This document shows, in pieces, positions 49,941 through 59,760 of a stretch of 64,000 bases of DNA. The DNA comes from a virus, in IMG/VR virus record IMGVR_UViG_3300035698_024657, positions 32,001-96,000 of that record, one strand, 5' to 3'. Each line of letters starts with the position of its first letter. Position 1 is the first letter of the stretch. Under the pieces are notes generated by a model. That model did not search any database, was not told the origin of the DNA, and worked only from the letters and a program-made list of their open reading frames with translations. Both the position numbers and the translations under genes were made by a program.

Positions 49941-50744
49941 CTAATCCTTTAACTCCATCTTGCAAATGGCTTCCCAAGATTCCTTTAAATTTCGTCTTAC
50001 CCAATCTCCATCATGCCGCTTTCTGGCCTTTGCAGCAGGTTTCTCCGCCCCTACATGCCCGAAATGGTATATACAACTATCCGCAACTACTCTGAATTCT
50101 ATAGGAAGATTTTCTTTTTTTGCGGTTTTATATAAATCACATAAAAAGACCCCGTCTTCCCCAAATTCAATGGTTTCATCCAGGCCGCCCATTTTCTCAA
50201 ATAATTCTCGTTTAATAAAATATCCCCCAGTAGGATAATACGCCGAATCTTCTATTACGTCCCGATGCTCTCGCCAGGTGGCATTAAAGTCGTCTTCTCT
50301 GAATGTTTCAGGAGAATCTCCATAATCCCACTCATTATGTGCGCCTCCCTTAGTTTCAACATGTGCCGTAGGATAACTATATACTGTTGAACATAAATGT
50401 TGAAATAGCATATCAGCCTTAACCTTAGCGATAAGTGCCTCATCCCAACCAGGCGCAGGATAAATATCATCATCCATAAAATGGAAAAATTTTCCTTTTG
50501 CTTGTGCAAATAATATATTTGAACGAGAAGAAATAGATAAATTTTGCGCAGAGTGTGTATATACAGATACAATTGCGTCATGCTTTGCTGCAACATTATC
50601 TAATTCAGGAGTTGCCATATTTCCGTGTACTAAGACTTCAAAAGGATTCACAGTATTTTTAGTTAATCCTTTTAGCATTAGATCTAAATACGTAGGATTA
50701 TCTAAAGATACGCATACAATTGAAATTACTGGATCATTATTCAT
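49941..50744 (-). CDS. GT2-family glycosyltransferase
   Basis: ISIVCVS, FMDDDIY, GGLDE, GED, YHFG. Confidence 0.82.
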   Translation of the reverse strand: MNNDPVISIVCVSLDNPTYLDLMLKGLTKNTVNPFEVLVHGNMATPELDNVAAKHDAIVSVYTHSAQNLSISSRSNILFAQAKGKFFHFMDDDIYPAPGWDEALIAKVKADMLFQHLCSTVYSYPTAHVETKGGAHNEWDYGDSPETFREDDFNATWREHRDVIEDSAYYPTGGYFIKRELFEKMGGLDETIEFGEDGVFLCDLYKTAKKENLPIEFRVVADSCIYHFGHVGAEKPAAKARKRHDGDWVRRNLKESWEAICKMELKD

Positions 50745-50756
50745 AATACTGTTCCC

Positions 50757-51497
50757 TTATTTTGAAGGTAATTGGTCCCCTACATGAAGTATTCCGTTAT
50801 ACAATGTACCCCAAGGCATCTTCCACTTACGCATAAATGTGCCTTTTGCGTTTTCTCTATGCTGTGCCTCATTAGGAATCTTATCAGTGGTGATACATTG
50901 AAAATGGTATACACAACAATCGGCTACTGCGCGAAATTCGTAAGGCTTGCCCGCTTGTTGTGCCGCAAAATAAATCTTCGCAGCAAAATCAGGATCAGTA
51001 CCAAAACATGGGAAGTATGCTTCATCATACCCACCTACCTCATCCCACAATGCTTTCGTTACAAAAATAGGACAATACGGCGATATGACATCTTCAGTGT
51101 TACGCTCCGCCAACCACCTCTTCATGAGGGCATCCTCATCAAAGTCTTTAGGAGTTTTACCAAAATCCCAAGGTGAGTTCATACAAGCATTGTTATACTG
51201 TGGCTCAATCATCAAAGAAGTCAAATACTGATAAGGAATATCGGGATTAATTTTTGCAACAAGTGCAGTATCCCAGCCAGGACCTACCCACATGTCATCA
51301 TTCAAATAGCAAATATAATCCCCAGTTGCTTGTCTGCCCAATAAATTGAGCGCTTTAGGTAACCCAAGATTATTCTCTGCCGTATTTTGATGAATGAGTA
51401 CCTCATGGTCAATAACAGTATTCTTCTTAATAGAATCTACAAGAAATTTCGTATATTCTAAATTGTCTAATGTGGGGATTAAAATTGATATTTTCAT
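50757..51497 (-). CDS. GT2-family glycosyltransferase
   Basis: ISILIPT, YLNDDM, VGGYDE, DPDF, VYHF. Confidence 0.85.
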   Translation of the reverse strand: MKISILIPTLDNLEYTKFLVDSIKKNTVIDHEVLIHQNTAENNLGLPKALNLLGRQATGDYICYLNDDMWVGPGWDTALVAKINPDIPYQYLTSLMIEPQYNNACMNSPWDFGKTPKDFDEDALMKRWLAERNTEDVISPYCPIFVTKALWDEVGGYDEAYFPCFGTDPDFAAKIYFAAQQAGKPYEFRAVADCCVYHFQCITTDKIPNEAQHRENAKGTFMRKWKMPWGTLYNGILHVGDQLPSK

Positions 51498-52369
51498 AAT
51501 TCACGCAACTGTGTATCAAAATCTGCAATTTGTAACTTTGCTAATTGGTCCGGCCAATTAGTAACTAACGTTTTATCTGCCCGAACACTATCATCACGGC
51601 GTATTTCGATATCCAAACCTTTCTCCGTCATATAGTCTACCAAGATATCATATTTACTTAACTGCGGCGTAGCAATATGCAATAAATTTGGAGTAATTTC
51701 AATTTGCTTATCTAAAATACGCCAACACATCTTGCCGAATTCTACACCAGTTATCGGAGATATATACCACTCAGTATACCCTCCAACGCATTCCTGTTGC
51801 TTGAACCACGTAAACATTTGAAATGCAGCAGGACTGAGCTCCTCGCCAAGTAAGCAGCATCTAAATACTTGTGAACGTTGTTTAACTACTTCGTCAGCAA
51901 ACACTTTAGCATACCCATATAATCCGTAAGATGGTGAAGGCTGGGCACTTTCATGATAAGGGCCGTCTTTACCATCAAATACACAATCGGTACTGGGATG
52001 AATTAACTTCGGCCCATATATCATGGACAAGGCAATAGGTAATTCAGTATTAATCATGAAATATTCACGAGTTGTAGGAGTCGCCCCCGGCTCAAATTTA
52101 TTCAATACCCCAATACAATTAATGACCATATCAACATCGCCAATTTGCTCTGTTAAATCTTGCACGCGATGTATCTGAGGTATAGTAGGATGTACTGCAT
52201 CAAAAAGAATTCGAGTATGATCTAACACTCCCCCATATACGGCATCGAGCTGATTGAATTTCTCCTCAGATCGCGCAGTCAAGACTAAATCACACTTATC
52301 TTTCAATACTTTATAGACGGAACTGCCTAACATACCAGTAGCGCCTATAATTGCAACGCGTTTCCTCAT
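51494..52369 (-). CDS. RmlD-like NDP-4-keto-6-deoxyhexose reductase
   Basis: GATGMLG, VINCIG, STDCVFDG, YGYAK. Confidence 0.85.
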   Translation of the reverse strand: MRKRVAIIGATGMLGSSVYKVLKDKCDLVLTARSEEKFNQLDAVYGGVLDHTRILFDAVHPTIPQIHRVQDLTEQIGDVDMVINCIGVLNKFEPGATPTTREYFMINTELPIALSMIYGPKLIHPSTDCVFDGKDGPYHESAQPSPSYGLYGYAKVFADEVVKQRSQVFRCCLLGEELSPAAFQMFTWFKQQECVGGYTEWYISPITGVEFGKMCWRILDKQIEITPNLLHIATPQLSKYDILVDYMTEKGLDIEIRRDDSVRADKTLVTNWPDQLAKLQIADFDTQLREL

Positions 52370-53284
52370 TTAAAATTCCTCTACTTTCAAAACAAGTTCA
52401 CGTAACCTGTCAGAAAACTTATGTTTTTCTAAAACAATCTTCTGGCCATATTCTGCCATAAGTTTGCGGCGTCCTTCATTTGCCAAATAATATTTTACTT
52501 TTTCAACGCATTCTCCAGGCGTCTTATATGTATCGCACATCTTACCAATTTCAAACCAATCTTCAATCCCCGCAACATGATTAGTCAATAGAAAACCACC
52601 CGCACCCATAATTCGGTAATCTCGAGCACTCATGGACAGCGCTACTCGCGGCCAACCCGAATGCCCAATATTTACTTTAGTACATTGGCACATCTTATTA
52701 TGGTCACGGTTAAAAATGTTTGTCCAGTGTTCAAATTCCGCCGACTCCTTCGTAGCAAAATCTTTGAGAGCAGTAAGTGCATCGTGTCTGCCGTCATGCA
52801 CGGTAAGGTCGGATCCCGCGAAAGCCACATCAGCATCATACGCAAAATGATCTTTAGACGCTAAAGATTCTATACAATGCCAAATAGGTGAAATCCCTTC
52901 AGACAACCAATGAATATTGTCTATTCCTGCTTTCCGATATTTCTCAACGTTACCCTTACCTATCGTAAATTTTAGGTGGCAATGTTGAAACATTGGGCCA
53001 TTGGAATTCAAGAAGATATTGATATCATAGCGAACATCGAAATTCCACATCACTGTTAAAACTTTTTTCGAAAGTTCCGCAATAATATCATTATACCTGA
53101 TATCTTTAGCTAAAAGTACGAAATCTGGTTTATGCGTATCTACCATTTCTAAAATGCCTACCGCACCCGGAGCAACTCGGGGATCATTCACCGCAACAAC
53201 AGTATGTCCTAATTCTTCAAGCCCTCCCTTCACATAATGCCCCGATTGCATATCCAACATCGGAAAACCTATCACAATCTTCAT
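52370..53284 (-). CDS. CgeB-family GT-B glycosyltransferase
   Basis: DVAFAGS, SARDYRIMGAGGFLLT, GQKIVLEKHKF..R. Confidence 0.8.
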   Translation of the reverse strand: MKIVIGFPMLDMQSGHYVKGGLEELGHTVVAVNDPRVAPGAVGILEMVDTHKPDFVLLAKDIRYNDIIAELSKKVLTVMWNFDVRYDINIFLNSNGPMFQHCHLKFTIGKGNVEKYRKAGIDNIHWLSEGISPIWHCIESLASKDHFAYDADVAFAGSDLTVHDGRHDALTALKDFATKESAEFEHWTNIFNRDHNKMCQCTKVNIGHSGWPRVALSMSARDYRIMGAGGFLLTNHVAGIEDWFEIGKMCDTYKTPGECVEKVKYYLANEGRRKLMAEYGQKIVLEKHKFSDRLRELVLKVEEF

Positions 53285-53288
53285 TTAA

Positions 53289-54449
53289 TTAGCCCAATTC
53301 ATTTAACTTTTCCAAATATTTAGATGCTAAGACATCCCACGAATAGTTTTCTTGAATAATAATACGATTAGCATCACCTAACTGTTCCAATGTAGGAAAA
53401 TTATCACATGCGAATTGCATTTTTTGCATTAAATTATATGCACTGGGGGTAAACATAGGTACATCACCATAAGGCAAAATAGTTTGATCCATGACATCTA
53501 CTAATAGAGGATAATCTAAAGGAAACCATTCATTCATTGGTGGCGCATTCGTAGTAATTACCGGCAAGCCACAAGACATCGCTTCTAATATGGGGAGACC
53601 TAATCCCTCACGCCTACTCGGTGCCAAATAAATTTTACCGTTGCGATAAAGATCAATTGCATCGGGTACTTCAGCTAAACTGACATATTCTTCGCCCTGC
53701 GGATGACGTAAAGGGTTATGTGCCTTCTCACCTATCTGGCTATGAATATTTATACTAACCTTACCTTTATATCCTTGAAATTCTAACTGACGGAACGCAG
53801 TTTGAACAATATCAGACCCTTTACGCACACCTGAGCCCCCAAAACCTACGCTATGGAGAAAAGTGTACTGCTTTTGACTTATTTTATCGATTACATCAGA
53901 AACTTCAAGAGATCCTTTAATGTCTGAGGAAGACTGCACAACGCCATCTACTAAAATATGGCTGGGAGAACTTTTTCTCCCCAATTTACAGTTTTCTGGA
54001 CAAAAATAATCGGTATCTATAGGAAAAGGGAGATGTACACATTCCCCTGGCCAAGATTCTGCGTAAATAGCTGCCCCTATTTTAGTAACATTGATTACAA
54101 GATCAATATACTCGGCATAAGGAAGAAATTTGGCGAGTTCAATACTATCAATCATCGGAATGAGAACAATTTTAACTCTGCTCGCTGATAATATTTCAAA
54201 AAGATCAAAATTGAATGGGGTTTCAAGAAGAATGACAACGTCGGGCTCACACGTATCCAAATATTCGTGAATTTGTGAGGGAGTAAGTGAAATATCCCCA
54301 AAAGTGTGGGGAATATCTACATCAAGTGTGCCCTTAATGGGATGGTTGATAACTAACTGACTATCAATGGGAAGATATTTTCGAAAATTTGAAGCAATCA
54401 CACCCAGGCCACTATGATTCGAGTACGCAACGAGACCTATCTTGCACAT
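53289..54449 (-). CDS. GT4-family glycosyltransferase
   Basis: RKG, PSRREGLGLPILEAMSCGLPVI (Ex7E). Confidence 0.88.
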   Translation of the reverse strand: MCKIGLVAYSNHSGLGVIASNFRKYLPIDSQLVINHPIKGTLDVDIPHTFGDISLTPSQIHEYLDTCEPDVVILLETPFNFDLFEILSASRVKIVLIPMIDSIELAKFLPYAEYIDLVINVTKIGAAIYAESWPGECVHLPFPIDTDYFCPENCKLGRKSSPSHILVDGVVQSSSDIKGSLEVSDVIDKISQKQYTFLHSVGFGGSGVRKGSDIVQTAFRQLEFQGYKGKVSINIHSQIGEKAHNPLRHPQGEEYVSLAEVPDAIDLYRNGKIYLAPSRREGLGLPILEAMSCGLPVITTNAPPMNEWFPLDYPLLVDVMDQTILPYGDVPMFTPSAYNLMQKMQFACDNFPTLEQLGDANRIIIQENYSWDVLASKYLEKLNELG

Positions 54450-54450
54450 T

Positions 54451-55434
54451 TTACAACCTTTTCTTAATTTCGTCTATAAATCCCGCAGTAATCTTATCTA
54501 TGTTGTAATTCTCAAGTACGTACTGTCTTCCCTTGGTCGCAATTTCCTCTCTTTGACGAGGGTTACTGAGGAAGAACGCGATCTTCTCTACTAAGTCGGG
54601 ATAATCCATAGGGGAATAGGTAACACAGTGTTCCCCAGCGGTTAAGACCTCATCAAAATAGGGAATATCTGGTGTAATCAGGCAACAACCCGAACCGGCA
54701 GTTTTGAGGACTCTGTTTGAGAAACCTAACTCGTATTGAGGTAATAAATCATTGACAAAATTCAACCCAACTCTCGCACGAGAGTAAAATTTTGCCATCT
54801 CACCGCCTATTAAAATCCCATTGCTAAAGAAATGTGTATTTGGAATCTTCTCTTGATAGTCACCCCAGTGAAAAGATCCCCCACCAACCTGAACATTATG
54901 TCCATCGGTGATCAACTGAGATAGAAACTTTAATCTAACAGTCGATTGAGCGGGATTAGGTCCACCAAGAAAACCAACATCAAATGAGTACTGCCCGCGA
55001 CGTTCGATACACGTATGATATCGATGATCGAAGAATTGAGGAACCCAGATAACATCTTTAGCATACTCCTTAAGTATTGGTACAAGGCCACGAGTTTCTA
55101 ACATCAGTAAATCATAGATACCTTTGATCCCTTTGAACCATGCCCCCGACTGCCCATCATCGGGACCGTATTCATCGGGAATCCACTGTGCTAAAAATAT
55201 TCCCGCGTCTTTCAAAGGTTGCAAAAGGGTATGATCAAAGTTCCTACCCATAGTAACAAGACAAAACTCTGGACGGTGCTTCAAAATTTGAGCAATTGAG
55301 TCACTGGTATGCGCAGTCAACTTATTAAAAGATACCATCTGAACGGAATGATGTTGAATTGTCCATGATTGTGCAATTCTTATACTATTCTGCGACGCAT
55401 CCTCATCACAATAACCAATTACAGTTATTCGCAT
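54451..55434 (-). CDS. CgeB-family GT-B glycosyltransferase
   Basis: [33 protein letters not shown]. Confidence 0.8.
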   Translation of the reverse strand: MRITVIGYCDEDASQNSIRIAQSWTIQHHSVQMVSFNKLTAHTSDSIAQILKHRPEFCLVTMGRNFDHTLLQPLKDAGIFLAQWIPDEYGPDDGQSGAWFKGIKGIYDLLMLETRGLVPILKEYAKDVIWVPQFFDHRYHTCIERRGQYSFDVGFLGGPNPAQSTVRLKFLSQLITDGHNVQVGGGSFHWGDYQEKIPNTHFFSNGILIGGEMAKFYSRARVGLNFVNDLLPQYELGFSNRVLKTAGSGCCLITPDIPYFDEVLTAGEHCVTYSPMDYPDLVEKIAFFLSNPRQREEIATKGRQYVLENYNIDKITAGFIDEIKKRL

Positions 55435-56417
55435 ACTTTTTCAAATACCCTCTGCCACTCTTTTATAAACCTTATAGGGCCAAAGAACTCGCGCACTACC
55501 TGTCGAGCACTGTCGGCCATCAACCGTGACTTCAATGAGGATTGTGACGACAATGCAGCAGTAATTCCATCCCGAAGTTCTATCGGGTCATTACTAAATA
55601 CGCCGTGCATACCAGATTTAAAAATATTACCTGGTTCACAATAAGCAGTAGATACTATTGGAGTACCTACAGCAGCGGCTTCCAACAAAGACATCGGAAT
55701 AGGTGACATTATTGATGGATTAAAATACACTCCCGCATTCACTAATAGATCAAGGATTTCTTCACGTGGTCGGGCACCTTTAGAAAACTTGCCAATATTA
55801 TCATTCCCATAACCATATAGTGAAATATTATCAAAATGGGGTTCAGCAGAAACACCAAGTACATTCGCCCAAAGCGTAAAGCCACAAGCCCAGTCTCTGG
55901 TGATCATCTCATTTGTAGTCGTCATAATCTCGGTACCGGAATAATCTGTCTTTTGGGGAAATGCGTCGACATCAAATGAATGATAGATATACGAAGAATT
56001 TTCATCCCTTTCCATATCCCACGCTTTTTGCGACGTAGGGGTAATAAATACATTATGCGTAAGATACTGATGCCTTATATTTTTCCACTTATTCACTTCA
56101 CCCGGATAATTTTTAAATGGCCAAGTATGCTCAAGCATAACTGCAGGAAGATACTTACCCCAAGAAGAACAAAAAGTCTCAATAAATGGGTGCCAATGAA
56201 TTAACATTAAATCAAAATCATCGGGATTTACTCCGGCAGCCTCAATACCGTGAATATTATCAGGTATTTTAGCACTTCCGGGCCATACGCTTTTTGGTCT
56301 TTTATCTTCTGGCCAAAAGCCATGTGAATCTATGACATGAAAAAATTCTACCATTGGAATCTTTGCTAATTCCAATTGATAGCTTTCATGCGCGAAATGG
56401 GTTAAAACGCGTAGCAT
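55425..56417 (-). CDS. GT4-like glycosyltransferase
   Basis: [27 protein letters not shown]. Confidence 0.82.
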   Translation of the reverse strand: MLRVLTHFAHESYQLELAKIPMVEFFHVIDSHGFWPEDKRPKSVWPGSAKIPDNIHGIEAAGVNPDDFDLMLIHWHPFIETFCSSWGKYLPAVMLEHTWPFKNYPGEVNKWKNIRHQYLTHNVFITPTSQKAWDMERDENSSYIYHSFDVDAFPQKTDYSGTEIMTTTNEMITRDWACGFTLWANVLGVSAEPHFDNISLYGYGNDNIGKFSKGARPREEILDLLVNAGVYFNPSIMSPIPMSLLEAAAVGTPIVSTAYCEPGNIFKSGMHGVFSNDPIELRDGITAALSSQSSLKSRLMADSARQVVREFFGPIRFIKEWQRVFEKVCE

Positions 56418-56450
56418 ATGCCCTCACTGATTGTCGAATTTAACTCCATA

Positions 56451-57620
56451 TCATTGATTCAAATCAGTGATAGCTTCCGCAAGCTGCGTTGCAGCACTCG
56501 TCCACGAAAAATCACGTTCAATGAGTTCCTCACGTTGCTTTGTAGCATTTTCTTTTGAAATCTCTTGATGCTTATATAAACGGTGCACCATTCGCGCATA
56601 CTCTTCAAGATCAGGAATAGCAAGTTGTTGATAATGTTCATATACTCCAGGCCAATGAACTACGTGACCTAAAGGTTTCCACTCATAATCCAACATAATA
56701 GAATACTTAGGATTCAAAAATGCTTCTGAACCTGTACCACCAGTAGTAATGATAGGCAATCCCATCGCGGCGGCTTCCAGCAAAGGCATACCCCACGCCT
56801 CGCCAGCAGACGGCAGGATAAACGAATCTGCATTACGATAAAGTTGCATCATATGCTCTTCAGACAACGCACCATGAACAAGATAAATTCTCGGCCCCTG
56901 ATCTGGCGCAATACCCATCTGCTGTCTAATTCCTTGTATCTGTGCATCAACCCCGATCTTATCTATCGTACCTGCACCAACTAAATACGTCTTTAAAATA
57001 AGTCCGACATCAGAATTACCTTTAAACGTGTTTAAAAATGTACGGATAGTTGCGAGCATATTTTTACGGTCACCTTGTTGAATCCATTGACCAACACTGA
57101 GGAAGTTATACTTCGTCGTGATGACCGTATCATCAAGTAGCGGGGGACCTTCAGGAGTGTACATATCAAAATCAATTCCAAACGGCACTATTCTGATAGG
57201 TTTAATAATGTTTGATTGCATAAATGCAGACATGCAAAAGGCAGACGGGACAAAAATTGCATCCATTTGATTACATTTAGCTGCCCACTGCTGTGCAGTT
57301 TTATCCGTTTCCATCATCGTAAACCCGATAGATTTCTTGAATGGACTTTGATCCCCAAAGAACTCGGTGGCAATTGAAAAATGCACCAACGTAGTATTGG
57401 CGTGATCAAGTTCTTTCCCTTTTTCGACGAGTCCATTTAAAACTGCCTGATCCGCGGGATCAAGTGCAAGATTGCCAGAATTGATCCAAACAATGGGTTC
57501 TAAATACAAATCAAATATATCCAACTTATGCAATTCCAGAATAAACTTCCGAGCCACCGTTGCATATCCAGAAAAATCTTGAAAGGGTGCTTTAAATAGA
57601 ACTTTTAACTTCTCTGACAT
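56451..57620 (-). CDS. GT4-family glycosyltransferase
   Basis: SGY, RKN, PSAGEAWGMPLLEAAAMGLPII. Confidence 0.88.
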   Translation of the reverse strand: MSEKLKVLFKAPFQDFSGYATVARKFILELHKLDIFDLYLEPIVWINSGNLALDPADQAVLNGLVEKGKELDHANTTLVHFSIATEFFGDQSPFKKSIGFTMMETDKTAQQWAAKCNQMDAIFVPSAFCMSAFMQSNIIKPIRIVPFGIDFDMYTPEGPPLLDDTVITTKYNFLSVGQWIQQGDRKNMLATIRTFLNTFKGNSDVGLILKTYLVGAGTIDKIGVDAQIQGIRQQMGIAPDQGPRIYLVHGALSEEHMMQLYRNADSFILPSAGEAWGMPLLEAAAMGLPIITTGGTGSEAFLNPKYSIMLDYEWKPLGHVVHWPGVYEHYQQLAIPDLEEYARMVHRLYKHQEISKENATKQREELIERDFSWTSAATQLAEAITDLNQ

Positions 57621-58894
57621 TATCGAGTCTCCTCATCGGGTACCATAATTTTAGGTGAATCAGCAGGAATTGGATACGCTGACACAGTAAATTCTGGATA
57701 AGGTGTCCAATTGGCAACAGCTTTCTTTACGGCATCTTCAAACCGCTGTTGTACGGGTTTCAAAGAATACTGTGCTAAAATATGATCACGACACTTTGCA
57801 CCCTTTTCCTGTAACATTTTCTTATTATAGTATGCTTCATCTAACGCAGCGACAAATTTCTCATCCGTAACGTATCGCGTATGAATATACGGAGTTACCT
57901 GGTTACCATACAAAGGCATAACATCCGCAGAAAGTAACCAACCTGTATCATCTGTAATTAATCCTGCAGGTCCTGGACAATTAATTGAAATTGCGGGCGT
58001 CCCTGCAAGCATAGATTCGGCAATAGGCATGCCAAAACCTTCGGCAGTTGATCTATTTACTAATACATCCATAAGATTATAGAATTTATTAATCAACTCA
58101 TCGGTTTGTTGTGCAGGATTTGCATTACTGAATACAATAGAAGAATTACGATATCTCATCCGCATCGCGTATTCAAGACTATGTCCAGCATCTGTACCCG
58201 GAGAATGTACAAACAATAATGCATCGTCCTTATCTTTTTGCCATGCATCGAAGGTTTCCATAATAGACAAAAGCTGTTTACGCTCTGCATGTCTACCAAC
58301 AGTACCTACAATGAAAGTCGCATTCACATGTTTATTGCCGGTATAAGTATTGAACTCCGTACGAAAATCTGTTTTCTCTTGAGTAGTTAATGGATGATAA
58401 ATATTAGGATCAAATCCAATAGGTACGTAATCAACGGCGTCATCATTAATATCAGGATGACCCGTCATTAAATCGTAAGTAAATTGTGACCCGCATATAA
58501 TATGATCACAACTATTATAAAAGGGCATATTATAATCAGGAAAAGGAAGATCATCCCAAAGATGATAAAAAATTAATGGGCATTGTCGCCTAATTTCATT
58601 ATCCATCTTAAAGAGATAATCAAAAAATCGCGGATCCGCATTCGCAAGAATTGCATCAGGTTTTTCTGTAGTGAGAAAATGTCTAACATGTTCCTGATTT
58701 CCATATCCAGGAACGGGCCAAACCTTACAACCTTCCCAGTCTGTAGGTTGAAAAGGAAAACGTGCCTGGGGCTGAGAAGAGGCCATGAAAATTATTTCAT
58801 GTCCCTTTGTCTTCATATGTCGTGCAAAAGCAGCAGCAATCTTACCGTAACCACTGTTTATGGCAGGATTATCACTAATAACCAATACTTTCAT
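57620..58894 (-). CDS. GT4-family glycosyltransferase
   Basis: SGYG, GRHAERKQ, EGFGMPIAESMLAGTP. Confidence 0.88.
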   Translation of the reverse strand: MKVLVISDNPAINSGYGKIAAAFARHMKTKGHEIIFMASSQPQARFPFQPTDWEGCKVWPVPGYGNQEHVRHFLTTEKPDAILANADPRFFDYLFKMDNEIRRQCPLIFYHLWDDLPFPDYNMPFYNSCDHIICGSQFTYDLMTGHPDINDDAVDYVPIGFDPNIYHPLTTQEKTDFRTEFNTYTGNKHVNATFIVGTVGRHAERKQLLSIMETFDAWQKDKDDALLFVHSPGTDAGHSLEYAMRMRYRNSSIVFSNANPAQQTDELINKFYNLMDVLVNRSTAEGFGMPIAESMLAGTPAISINCPGPAGLITDDTGWLLSADVMPLYGNQVTPYIHTRYVTDEKFVAALDEAYYNKKMLQEKGAKCRDHILAQYSLKPVQQRFEDAVKKAVANWTPYPEFTVSAYPIPADSPKIMVPDEETR

Positions 58895-58969
58895 TCTCTA
58901 ATCTCCACGATATAATTTACATCTATCTACTATTCTATATATACACGCATACTCGTAAGAGTGTACCAA

Positions 58970-59311
58970 TCAGTCAATCGTTTCAGCCGCGCGAGCCTCC
59001 CGCTCAAATCGAATATTACTGTACCTGAATCCTGCCGCGATCCACTGACAAAAGTACAAGAATAACCATGGAGGAATTGATATCCACCACCAACCAAATA
59101 ACCTGAGCCGCGAATACTGTTCAACGTGTTTTAGCTCATGTTTCATGAACCTTTCAGTTATTTGATCTCTACGATAGACAAAGTATAGATTCCGACCAAA
59201 AGTCATACAACCTTGACCGGAAATCGTACGAACCCACTTTCGATTATAATGAAAACGTACATCAAAATCTATATAGTCGTCACGCGCTGCTAAATGTTCC
59301 ATATTAGGCAT
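58970..59311 (-). CDS. Small HExxH zinc-peptidase-like protein (DUF4157-like)
   Basis: MTFG...HELKHVEQY...Y..IRFEREA. Confidence 0.7.
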   Translation of the reverse strand: MPNMEHLAARDDYIDFDVRFHYNRKWVRTISGQGCMTFGRNLYFVYRRDQITERFMKHELKHVEQYSRLRLFGWWWISIPPWLFLYFCQWIAAGFRYSNIRFEREARAAETID

Positions 59312-59320
59312 AATAATAAG

Positions 59321-59740
59321 CTAAAGAACTAACTCTATATGTGGCATATCAATAAAACTATGATCCCTGATAAATTCATCACTATCCCAATCTCCGCCCC
59401 ATCTAATAGGTACATTTGCCATATGAGCAATACCTTTAACAATACCTGCAAGCAAAATAAATCTGTCCGTGTTCTGCCAATCAATGCCACCTTTACCATT
59501 ACGTAGGTTAGGATCCCATGGCGCGATATCTACGGCGATCGACGGTTCTTGATTATGTTTACTATCGGGCCACTGCTTTGTACTGGCACCCTCTTCAAAT
59601 GCGATATTTTGAGCTTCTTCATCTCTATAACCACAAGTAATAGAAAAGTCCATTACTTTGATTGACTCAATCATAAGCATCTGTAAAGTAGGATGTAGGG
59701 TAGCAAGACGTGCCCGCGAAGCCCTTCCAAAACTTGCCAA
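59321..59740 (-). CDS. Endolysin, peptidase M15 family (L-Ala-D-Glu peptidase-like)
   Basis: GYR..EAQ, SKHN, AVD, RWGGDW, DMPHIEL; start TTG 59740 with GAGGAG 9 nt upstream. Confidence 0.88.
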   Translation of the reverse strand: MASFGRASRARLATLHPTLQMLMIESIKVMDFSITCGYRDEEAQNIAFEEGASTKQWPDSKHNQEPSIAVDIAPWDPNLRNGKGGIDWQNTDRFILLAGIVKGIAHMANVPIRWGGDWDSDEFIRDHSFIDMPHIELVL

Positions 59741-59760
59741 TATACATTTCTCCTCTTTTG

